64,000 bases of DNA from an uncultured delta proteobacterium (GTDB lineage Bacteria; Desulfobacterota; Desulfuromonadia; Desulfuromonadales; CAWANI01), in assembly GCA_963783365.1 (NCBI GenBank), contig CAWANI010000002.1:42778-106777 (forward strand), in the 5' to 3' direction. Each line of letters starts with the position of its first letter. Within the stretch, counting starts at the first letter, position 1. This document shows positions 8,481-15,641 of this stretch, piece after piece. The position numbers and the translations under genes are program-made. Below the pieces are notes generated by a model, which saw nothing but the letters and a program-made list of their open reading frames with translations, made no database searches and was not told the origin of the DNA.

Positions 8481-9740
8481 TTAAAACGCCGCCCACATCC
8501 ACATCACCCCCGCCGCCAGCAGGGCCACGGCCTGCAGCGGAATGGCCCGGCGCATCTCCTTTTCCACGCCGGAGGGGGAGGTGAAGGTGGTCGAGCCGGT
8601 GAAATTCATGGCGCAGAAGGAGGCGACCGCTGAAACCGCCAGCAACAGGGCGAGGAGGTTGAGGGTTCCCAGGGGCCCTGGTAGCAGAATGCCGGCCGCT
8701 GCGGCCATCACCGCGCCCGTCAGGGCGCCCTTGAAGGCGAAGGCCCGCCCCGGAAGCCACGGCAGCAGCACGGGGGTGAGGACGGCCCCTGCCGCCACGG
8801 CGGTCAGACCGGCCAGAATGGCGGCTCCGCCCCGGGTCCAGGCTGCCGCGAAGGAAAAGACATCCCTGCCGATCCCCCCGAGAAGAAGAAGGATCAGGGC
8901 TGCCCAGAAGATCTGTTTTCCCAGGCCGGTCAGCTCGACGGGGGTGAGCACCAGCCTCTCCCTGGTCGAAAAGGTGACCCGGCGCATGGACGGAGTCGCC
9001 TGGTGGCCGGCGGCGAGAAACGCCTTGAGGTCCCGGGCCCGCACCGGCCCATACACCACTTTGAAGCCGCATCCCTGGCGCACCTCGTGAGCCGCGACCC
9101 CCGGCGCCCCCAGTTGGGGAAGGACCAGGGTGCGATGGGTGACGATCCGCGCCAGTCCGCTCTCGTTGACCCGGCGAAGAAGTTCCTCGGTTCCGAACGT
9201 TCCCTTGCCGGCGGCGCACCAGACGTTGATGCCCTTGGTGTCGAGGACCAGGATCCAGACGTCGAGACCGGTCAGCTCCCGCCGCAGGGCGTCGAAGCTC
9301 ATCTTGTAGTTGGCCGTCACCAGCACCGGCGCCTCGGCGTCTGGGGTGCCGACGGCATAGAGGCCGGGGGCGATCCGATAGTGGTCGCGGCCGAGTCCCC
9401 AGCGCATCGCCCAGCGGCCGGCGAGGTCGGTCCGGTTCAGGGTGGTGGCGACCCGCGGAATCTCCTGGCCGCCGGCCTCGACCCAGCCGGTGACAAAGGG
9501 CCAGAGGCGGTAGCCGGGGCGCTCTTTTGGCGGCTCGCTGGCGCAGCAGGATGAGGCGTTGGGCTTTGTTTCGTCCGGCCGGGGAGGGCAGCAGGTCGCC
9601 GTGGCGGTCGCGGCCGGGCCGCAGCAGCTTTCTTCCGCGGGGGATTTTTCGGGCGGTTCCGGCGGCGGGGTGGGGGAAGGGCAGCAGCAGGGGGATTTTC
9701 CCTCGGGAGGATTCTGTTTTATGTCGGTGGATGCGGTCAT
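8481..9740 (-). CDS. hgcA: mercury-methylation corrinoid protein HgcA
   Basis: 419-aa ORF with the HgcA cap-helix signature GINVWCAAGKGTFG, a CFeSP-like corrinoid domain and a C-terminal multi-TM domain. hgcB lies downstream. RBS AAGGGA. Confidence 0.9.
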   Translation of the reverse strand: MTASTDIKQNPPEGKSPCCCPSPTPPPEPPEKSPAEESCCGPAATATATCCPPRPDETKPNASSCCASEPPKERPGYRLWPFVTGWVEAGGQEIPRVATTLNRTDLAGRWAMRWGLGRDHYRIAPGLYAVGTPDAEAPVLVTANYKMSFDALRRELTGLDVWILVLDTKGINVWCAAGKGTFGTEELLRRVNESGLARIVTHRTLVLPQLGAPGVAAHEVRQGCGFKVVYGPVRARDLKAFLAAGHQATPSMRRVTFSTRERLVLTPVELTGLGKQIFWAALILLLLGGIGRDVFSFAAAWTRGGAAILAGLTAVAAGAVLTPVLLPWLPGRAFAFKGALTGAVMAAAAGILLPGPLGTLNLLALLLAVSAVASFCAMNFTGSTTFTSPSGVEKEMRRAIPLQAVALLAAGVMWMWAAF

Positions 9741-9813
9741 GGGACAATCCCTTTGCTTTTGATTGGGGCGTTTTTTTATGCCGCTGGGCTTTTCCAGTAT
9801 AGGCGGAAATACA

Positions 9814-9949
9814 AGTCAAAACCGGCGGGCTTGGCCGCCGAAGCCCAAGTCAAAACCGGCGGGCCTGGCCGCCGAAGCCGGAGTCAAAACCGGCGGGCCT
9901 GGCCGCCGAAGCCGGAGTCAAAACCGGCGGGCCTGGCCGCCGAAGCCGG
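9814..9949. repeat. tandem array of 4 x 34-bp palindrome-containing units (agtcaaaaccggcgggcctggccgccgaagccgg)
   Basis: Counted directly. Units abut with no spacers, and each holds a cggcgg/ccgccg stem. Confidence 0.9.
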
Positions 9950-10053
9950 AGGCGAAGGCGGGTCGCGTCCCGCCGGACGCCTTACTTTTGTCCAGGCGGC
10001 AACAAAAGTAAGCAAAAGTGCCTTTCCCTGCCGGGAGCATTTCTTTCGCCAAT
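9950..10053. repeat. flanking module of the 34-bp array (inverted copy at 54781..54882)
   Basis: The reverse complement of this segment nearly matches 54781..54882. It has hairpins ggcggg/cccgcc and cttttgt/acaaaag, and ends in the boundary motif cctgccgggagcatttctttcgcc. Confidence 0.8.
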
Positions 10054-10197
10054 GTTTGGTGGAAGTTTTCGCTGGTTCAACAATTGACCATGGCGGTGCT
10101 TCGTGGCACCTCCACGTGCGCAAGCAGTGCTTTAGGTGCCCGTGGCATGCGTGGAGTTGTCAGGGAACATTTTACCACAGGTGCCCGGGGGAGAAGC

Positions 10198-10227
10198 AAA
10201 TGCCCGGCGCGGAGGCCGGGCATTTTT
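10198..10227 (-). terminator. hairpin terminator after the DAHP synthase gene (bidirectional shape)
   Basis: Arms atgcccggc (10200-10208) and gccgggcat (10215-10223), 6-nt loop. TTTTT follows on the + strand and TTTGCTTCT on the - strand. Confidence 0.6.
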
Positions 10228-10234
10228 AAAGGGA

Positions 10235-11302
10235 TTAGCCGATCTTGCGGCCGCCGATATCCTGTAGTTTTGCGAAGGCATGGCGCAGCATCCGTTCGGT
10301 GGTCTCCCAGTCGACGCATTTGTCGGTGATGGAGACGCCGTATTTGAGGTCGGCCAGGTTTTGGGCCATCGGCTGGTTGCCGGCTTCCAGGTTGCTCTCG
10401 ATCATCACCGAGCAGATGGAGCGATTGCCGGCGGCCACCTGGTCGAGGACATTGGTGAGCACCTCTTCCTGGCGGGTATGGTCTTTGAAGGAATTGGCGT
10501 GGCTGCAATCGACCATGATGGCGGTATTCACGCCGGCCTTGGCCAGCATCTCTTCGGTTTTGCGGATGTCTTCGGGGAAATAGTTCGGTTTGCCGTTGCC
10601 GCCGCGCAGGACGAGGTGCACGTCCGGGTTGCCGTTGGTCTGGACGATGGCGTTGCGCCCCTCGTTGTTGATGCCGAGGAAGCTGTGGGGGTGGCGGGCC
10701 GCGCCCATGGCGTCGATGGCGATCTGCAGGTTGCCGTCGGTGCCGTTCTTGAATCCGACGGGAAAGGAGAGACCGCTTGCCATCTCCCGGTGGGTCTGGG
10801 ATTCGGTGGTGCGGGCGCCGATCGCTCCCCAGCTGACCATGTCGGCCAGGTAATGGGGGGTAATCGGGTCGAGCATTTCGCCGGCGACGCCGAGACCCAG
10901 CTCGTTTATGGCGCAGAGCAGGCCGCGGGCGACCCCGAGCCCTTTGGAGATCTGGTGGGTGTCGTTGAGGTCGGGATCGTTGATCAATCCCTTCCAGCCG
11001 ATGGTGGTGCGCGGTTTTTCGAAATAGACCCGCATGATCACCAGCAGATGCTCTTCCAGCTCCCGGCCGAGCCGCGCCAGGCGTTCGGCGTACTCGAGGG
11101 CGGCGCGCGGATCGTGGATCGAACAGGGCCCGACCACCACCATCATTCGCGGGTCGCGTTGCTGAAGGATATCCACCACCTGTTGGCGGGCGCGGGCGAC
11201 GAACTCGGCCCCTTCCCCTGAAAGGGGAAAGACCTGTTTGAGGTCCGTTGGAGCGATGATCGGCTTCAAACTGCGAATGCGTAGATTGCTGGTGCGTGTC
11301 AT
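10235..11302 (-). CDS. aroG: 3-deoxy-7-phosphoheptulonate (DAHP) synthase, class I
   Basis: 355-aa ORF with an AroF/G/H-type sequence (VVVGPCSIHDP, RVYFEKPRTTIGWKGLINDP, MVDCSHANS). Confidence 0.9.
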   Translation of the reverse strand: MTRTSNLRIRSLKPIIAPTDLKQVFPLSGEGAEFVARARQQVVDILQQRDPRMMVVVGPCSIHDPRAALEYAERLARLGRELEEHLLVIMRVYFEKPRTTIGWKGLINDPDLNDTHQISKGLGVARGLLCAINELGLGVAGEMLDPITPHYLADMVSWGAIGARTTESQTHREMASGLSFPVGFKNGTDGNLQIAIDAMGAARHPHSFLGINNEGRNAIVQTNGNPDVHLVLRGGNGKPNYFPEDIRKTEEMLAKAGVNTAIMVDCSHANSFKDHTRQEEVLTNVLDQVAAGNRSICSVMIESNLEAGNQPMAQNLADLKYGVSITDKCVDWETTERMLRHAFAKLQDIGGRKIG

Positions 11303-11602
11303 GTGCGGTCCCCTGAACGGATCATAGAAATTGATGGCGTCGCAAGAAGTCCGTCCTCCGGCGTTACGGCGATTTCTCAGGACCTCGACCTGCCTGATGG
11401 TGGCCTTAGCCCCCGGGAAACCACACGAAATTTTTGCTTGGCCATCCAGTGAGTTGTTGTGAGTGCATCAATAATAATTGAGCAGTTCAGTAAACCACCG
11501 GCTTTGCCGGTGTGACGAAAAAAAGGCTATGCCGTTGCGGCGGTCTTTGTCCATCGGGCATCCAGTCCCAGCGAAAACCCTGGGGTTGCGCCCCCCAGAC
11601 GT

Positions 11603-11654
11603 CGCCTTACTCTCTTTGTTTGCCCAAAGAGAGTAAGCAGAGAAAGGGCACCCC
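11603..11654. repeat. member of the same hairpin-repeat superfamily (cttactctctttg/caaagagagtaag stem)
   Basis: cgccttactctctttgtttgcccaaagagagtaagcagagaaagggcacccc parallels 9978..10030 (cgccttacttttgtccaggcggcaacaaaagtaagcaaaagtgcctttccc). Confidence 0.65.
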
Positions 11655-12019
11655 GCTCCTTGCCCTTCGGGTCCCCTGCGCTCCGCAGACGTTTTGAGGG
11701 CGGGCAAAAACTCGCTTCGCTCGGACATTTGCCCGCCTTATTCTCAAAACGTCCACTTCGCTCCGGCTGCGTCACAGGGGAAGAGAGCGAAGCGTTAGCC
11801 CCTTTCAGGGGCTTTCCTCAAGCCACCTGCCTATGCAGGTGGTCCGTGGCTGAAGCGCAACGAAACAGGGCCGCCGCCCATTCACGAGACGTGACGGACG
11901 GCCTCCTCCAGGCGGCTACTTTAGCCCTTTTTCACGAGCATGTCAAAAAAGGGTCGGCGTTTTGGGCGCGGGATCTGAGCGGCGATGTTTCATGAAGGCC
12001 GGGCGGCGCCGGAAACCGT

Positions 12020-12049
12020 TTGACAGGATCGCAGGGAATCCGGTATAAA
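12020..12049 (+). promoter_or_regulatory. sigma70-like promoter for the yggT operon
   Basis: TTGACA, 18-nt spacer, TATAAA, about 75 nt upstream of the yggT start. Confidence 0.4.
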
Positions 12050-12126
12050 GGAGCGAATTTGAAACTATTTTTTCGGTTTTTCCCGCAAATAGGGGACAAC
12101 TTTTCCAGGAATCGCAAGGGGACGAC

Positions 12127-12426
12127 TTGATGAGCGCTTTCGGCGGATTTTTTATGATTCTCAGACAGATGATCGATACGATCATCATGATTTATATCTA
12201 TATTGTCATCGCTCGGGCTATCGTGTCCTGGGTCAGCCCCGATCCCTATAATCCGATCGTCCGTTTTCTCCACAATGCGACGGACCCGGTGCTTTATCGC
12301 ATCCGACGGCTCATCCCTCTGCAGATGGGCGGCTTCGATTTTTCTCCGATTCTGCTGTTGTTTTTCCTTTACGTTCTGCAGTGGGGCATCGACACGCTTC
12401 TGGTCCGTATCGCATACGGCATCTGA
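12127..12426 (+). CDS. yggT: YggT family membrane protein
   Basis: 99-aa ORF with the YggT signature region IVIARAIVSWVSPDPYNPIVRFL..TDPVL. Confidence 0.85.
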   Translation: MMSAFGGFFMILRQMIDTIIMIYIYIVIARAIVSWVSPDPYNPIVRFLHNATDPVLYRIRRLIPLQMGGFDFSPILLLFFLYVLQWGIDTLLVRIAYGI

Positions 12427-12437
12427 CGAGGGAACCC

Positions 12438-12995
12438 ATGGCCATCACCCCCATCGATATACAGCAGCAACGGTTCAAGACCCGCTTGCTCGGCTATGAT
12501 AAGGCGGGCGTCGATCACTTTCTCGAACTGGTGGCCGATGAACTGGAGCGCGTCCATAAGGGGACCCAGGAACTCAAGGAGGAGCTGGCTCGCACCCGGG
12601 CGGCCCTCCAGGAGATGCGGGACCGCGAGGTGGTGCTGAAAGAGACTCTGATTACCGCCCAGAAGATGAGCGATGAGCTGAAGGCCAATGCCGGAAAGGA
12701 GGCCGAGATCATCGTCGCCGACGCCCAGCTTCGGGCCGAGCGGATCTATCGTGACGCCGAAGAGCGGCGCATTCAGCTGGTGCGGGAGGTTCAGGAGCTC
12801 AAACGGCAGAAAATTTCCTTCGAGTCGAGCTTTCGTGCCATCCTCGAAAGCCACACCCGCCTGCTCGATCTCGAGGTGGTGCCCATTCGGGGGGCAGATG
12901 CCGATGAGTTGCTGCTGGAGGAGCCTCTGCCTTTCGATCAGGGAGAGCTGGAGGTTTCCGAGGACGATTTCTTTGATCCGGAGGATTGCCAATGA
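12438..12995 (+). CDS. DivIVA domain protein
   Basis: MAITPIDIQQQRFKTRLLGYDKAGVDHFLELVADELE is the canonical DivIVA N-terminus, followed by coiled coil. Start at Met20 of ORF 12381..12995. Confidence 0.85.
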   Translation: MAITPIDIQQQRFKTRLLGYDKAGVDHFLELVADELERVHKGTQELKEELARTRAALQEMRDREVVLKETLITAQKMSDELKANAGKEAEIIVADAQLRAERIYRDAEERRIQLVREVQELKRQKISFESSFRAILESHTRLLDLEVVPIRGADADELLLEEPLPFDQGELEVSEDDFFDPEDCQ

Positions 12996-13288
12996 CCTTG
13001 TGGGCGCATTCGGTCGACGAGGGGGTGGCGATCGATCTGGTCGTTCAGCCGCGGGCCAGTAAAAACGAGGTGGTCGGGTTGCAGGGGGAGGAGTTGAAGG
13101 TCCGCCTGACCTCGCCGCCGGTGGAAGGGGCGGCCAACAAGCTCTGCTGCGAGTTTTTCGCCAAGAAACTGCGGGTTGCCAAGCGGGACGTGGAGCTGAT
13201 CGCGGGGGATAAATCCCGGCACAAGCGGCTGCTTATCCGGGGGGCGACGGTCGAACAGGTGGAGGATGCCCTGGGGAGCGGGCCCTGA
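12992..13288 (+). CDS. yggU: DUF167 (YggU) family protein
   Basis: VVQPRASKNEVVG...LKVRLTSPPVEGAANK...FFAKKL. ATGA overlap with the DivIVA stop. Confidence 0.85.
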   Translation: MTLWAHSVDEGVAIDLVVQPRASKNEVVGLQGEELKVRLTSPPVEGAANKLCCEFFAKKLRVAKRDVELIAGDKSRHKRLLIRGATVEQVEDALGSGP

Positions 13289-13410
13289 CAGGTGCTTGTC
13301 GAGCCGTACCGGCAATTCCCGAGGCTGATCAACAATGTCCAGATGCAAGGCGCTCGTAACCCTTCTGAATAAGGCGTACCTGGAGGGTACGTCGTTGACG
13401 AAGGGCAAGA

Positions 13411-13442
13411 GCAACGCCGCAGATGGGCGTTTTTCATCAGCC
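13411..13442 (+). terminator. terminator-like hairpin within a conserved 32-nt element (second copy at 56153..56184)
   Basis: gcaacgccgcagatgggcgtttttcatcagcc, with stem aacgcc/ggcgtt plus TTTTT. It sits downstream of yggU. Confidence 0.5.
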
Positions 13443-13444
13443 TC

Positions 13445-13714
13445 TCAGGAGGGGATGCGCATCTTTTTGCAATAGGCGCGGATGATGACTTCGGCCTGGT
13501 TGAGACGGGAGATTTTCATGTTCTTCGCCTTGAGGGCCATCACGTCCTCCAGGGGAACCTGCTCCGAGCGCAGATCCCGCGTCACCATTGCCAGATTGGC
13601 GAGCAGGACCTTGATGTCCGCCGGCGTGTATTGCCGCAGCAGGGGAGGGGAGAAGGTCCGATATCCCGCCGCGACATCCTGAGCCAGTTTTTTGGGACTT
13701 CCCGAAATCGCCAT
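13445..13714 (-). CDS. hypothetical protein (89 aa)
   Basis: ORF with ordinary composition and no family recognised. Confidence 0.35.
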   Translation of the reverse strand: MAISGSPKKLAQDVAAGYRTFSPPLLRQYTPADIKVLLANLAMVTRDLRSEQVPLEDVMALKAKNMKISRLNQAEVIIRAYCKKMRIPS

Positions 13715-13745
13715 GCGCAGTCTCCACGTAAAAGGTCGCCCGGAT

Positions 13746-13958
13746 ATGCTTCACTATAAAGTCATCGAAACCAGTATTGTTACCGACGAGGCCCTGGAGG
13801 AGATTCTCAACCGGTGGGTCGGGCGCGGCTGGTCCTTCGACGGGGTTCAATTCGTCATGCGCGAAGCGAGCAAACGCCCCGCCATGGCCTTTGTCTTTTT
13901 CACCCGACAGGAAGCGGCGGACGTCAATCGTCCCAGCTCTCCACATCCTGAAACGTGA
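13746..13958 (+). CDS. DUF4177-like small protein
   Basis: MLHYKVIETSIVTDEALEEILNRWVGRGWSFDGVQFV... resembles DUF4177. Start at Met19 of ORF 13692..13958. Confidence 0.5.
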   Translation: MLHYKVIETSIVTDEALEEILNRWVGRGWSFDGVQFVMREASKRPAMAFVFFTRQEAADVNRPSSPHPET

Positions 13959-14103
13959 GGGTCTTGCGGGGGTCCGACGAGGGGGTGGCGCCGCAGAGTT
14001 CGCAAAAAGGTTCTCCCCCTTCTTCCTCATCGAGGGCTCGATCGTAATTCAACTCGATCGGTTCTCCGGAGCAGCTGCAGAACCATTTGCGGTAGACGCT
14101 CAT
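13924..14103 (-). CDS. small Cys-containing (zinc-ribbon-like) protein, 59 aa
   Basis: MSVYRKWFCSCSGEPIELNYD...PFCELCGA... behind the strong RBS AAGGAGG. Its 3' end overlaps the convergent DUF4177 gene by 35 nt. Confidence 0.5.
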   Translation of the reverse strand: MSVYRKWFCSCSGEPIELNYDRALDEEEGGEPFCELCGATPSSDPRKTLTFQDVESWDD

Positions 14104-14222
14104 AGGTCCTCCTTGGTCACCGACACCTGGCACGCCTGATCGGTCAGGGGCATCTCAAGTATGCCAGAGTCGGCCCGTGTAGCAAGTAGCTCCGGCGAGA
14201 CGCCCCTTCTCCGGGCTTCTGC

Positions 14223-15188
14223 TCAGTACGTCAGCCCCGCCTTTTTCCGAACCTTGCGCATGGTTTTGGTCGCTGCGTAGCGGGCTTTTTCGACTCCTTG
14301 GGCCAGGATCCGGCGCAATCCCTCCGGATCGGCGATCAGCTCCTTGCGCCGCTCGGCGTAGGGAGCGAAGAAGTCGCGGATGGTGACGAACAGCTCCTCC
14401 TTGACCTCTCCGTACCCCATTCCTCCCGCCAGATAGCGTTGGCGCAGCGCCTCTTCCTGCTCCTTGTCGAGAAACAGCCGGTAGATCTGGAAGACGTTGC
14501 AGGTGTCGGGGTCCTTCGGGTCTGCCACCGGCGTCGGGTCGGTGACGATGCGCATCACCTGTTTACGCAGCGCCTTTTCCTCGAGAAAGAGATCGATGGT
14601 ATTGCCATAGCTTTTGCTCATCTTCTGCCCGTCGAGACCGGGAATGGTGGCGACCTGCTCGTCGATATCCGGTTCGGGGACGGTGAACAGGTCGCCGTAA
14701 TGGTTGTTGATCTTGAGGGCGATGTCCCGGGCGACCTCCAGGTGCTGTTTCTGGTCCTTGCCGACCGGCACCTTGTCGCTCTGGAAGATGAGAATATCCG
14801 CCGTCATCAGCACCGGGTAGGCGAACAGGCCGTGGTTGGGGTGCAGCCCCCGGGCGACCTTGTCCTTGTAGCTGTGGCAGCGCTCGAGCAGCCCCATGGG
14901 GGTGAAGTTGGAGAGGAACCAGGAGAGCTCCTGCACTTCGGGCAGATCCGACTGCACCCAGAAGGTGCTCTTCTCGGGATCCATCCCCAACGCCAGGAAA
15001 TTGGCCGCCGCTTCCAGCGTGCCCTTGGCCAGGGCCTTGCCGTCGGCGACCGACGTCATGGCGTGGTAATTGGCGATAAAGCAGAAGAGGTCTTCCTGCT
15101 CCTGGTATTCGATCATCTTCTTCATCATGCCGAAGTAGTTGCCCAGGTGCAGGGAGCCGGAGGGTTGGATGCCGGATAGGATGCGCAT
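14223..15188 (-). CDS. trpS: tryptophan--tRNA ligase
   Basis: 321-aa ORF with a HIGH-type motif (PSGSLHLGNY) and KMSKS, and TrpRS length. Confidence 0.95.
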   Translation of the reverse strand: MRILSGIQPSGSLHLGNYFGMMKKMIEYQEQEDLFCFIANYHAMTSVADGKALAKGTLEAAANFLALGMDPEKSTFWVQSDLPEVQELSWFLSNFTPMGLLERCHSYKDKVARGLHPNHGLFAYPVLMTADILIFQSDKVPVGKDQKQHLEVARDIALKINNHYGDLFTVPEPDIDEQVATIPGLDGQKMSKSYGNTIDLFLEEKALRKQVMRIVTDPTPVADPKDPDTCNVFQIYRLFLDKEQEEALRQRYLAGGMGYGEVKEELFVTIRDFFAPYAERRKELIADPEGLRRILAQGVEKARYAATKTMRKVRKKAGLTY

Positions 15189-15238
15189 TTCTCGTCCTCG
15201 TCAGAGCGGTGAAAGGTGATGGATAAAAAATGGTGGAT

Positions 15239-15266
15239 AAAAAAAGCCGCGGGCGGGGCCGCGGCT
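15239..15266 (-). terminator. intrinsic terminator inside the trpS leader (candidate attenuator)
   Basis: On the - strand: AGCCGCGG-CCCCGC-CCGCGGCT followed by TTTTTTT, about 50 nt upstream of the trpS ATG. Confidence 0.6.
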
Positions 15267-15402
15267 TTCGGGTCGTTTCGTGCACCGCGGACCGGTCGGT
15301 CCGCCAGGCGCTGGTGAATCAGGGCGCGGACCGGATCGTCGATGTCCGCCACCACCACTGGATTATTCATATCGAGCATTCTCTCGTCTCATAGCCGGGA
15401 AT

Positions 15403-15431
15403 AAGCTAGCAGTTTCGCTGACTTTCGTCAA
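15403..15431 (-). promoter_or_regulatory. sigma70-like promoter for trpS
   Basis: On the - strand: TTGACG, 17-nt spacer, TAGCTT. It would give a leader of about 200 nt. Confidence 0.4.
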
Positions 15432-15641
15432 CGGGGAAAACGCGGCCCGCCCCGAGGGGCCGGTGGCGGGACATCACGACGGCCGATCGACATTTTGCTA
15501 TACTTTACGGTGCCAAACGCGGCGACCGCGTTATCTTCAACACCGGCTCCTGATATGCATCCTCCCCGTCGAGGGCGGTAAGGCCGATCATCCCGGTTTC
15601 GTCCCTTGCGGCTGAACGGGAACCCCGAGAGGAGAACATCT

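Noticed and set aside
9814-9949. Possible CRISPR array (regular 34-bp repeats), likewise at 54883..55086
   Set aside because: The units are directly adjacent with no unique spacers, no cas genes lie nearby, and both arrays belong to a composite repeat with a shared flank.
15189-15431. T-box riboswitch upstream of trpS
   Set aside because: The GGUGGUGG stretch loosely resembles the T-box core, but it lies about 85 nt from the terminator instead of forming its antiterminator. No Stem I, specifier-loop or AGAGA-type features were seen.
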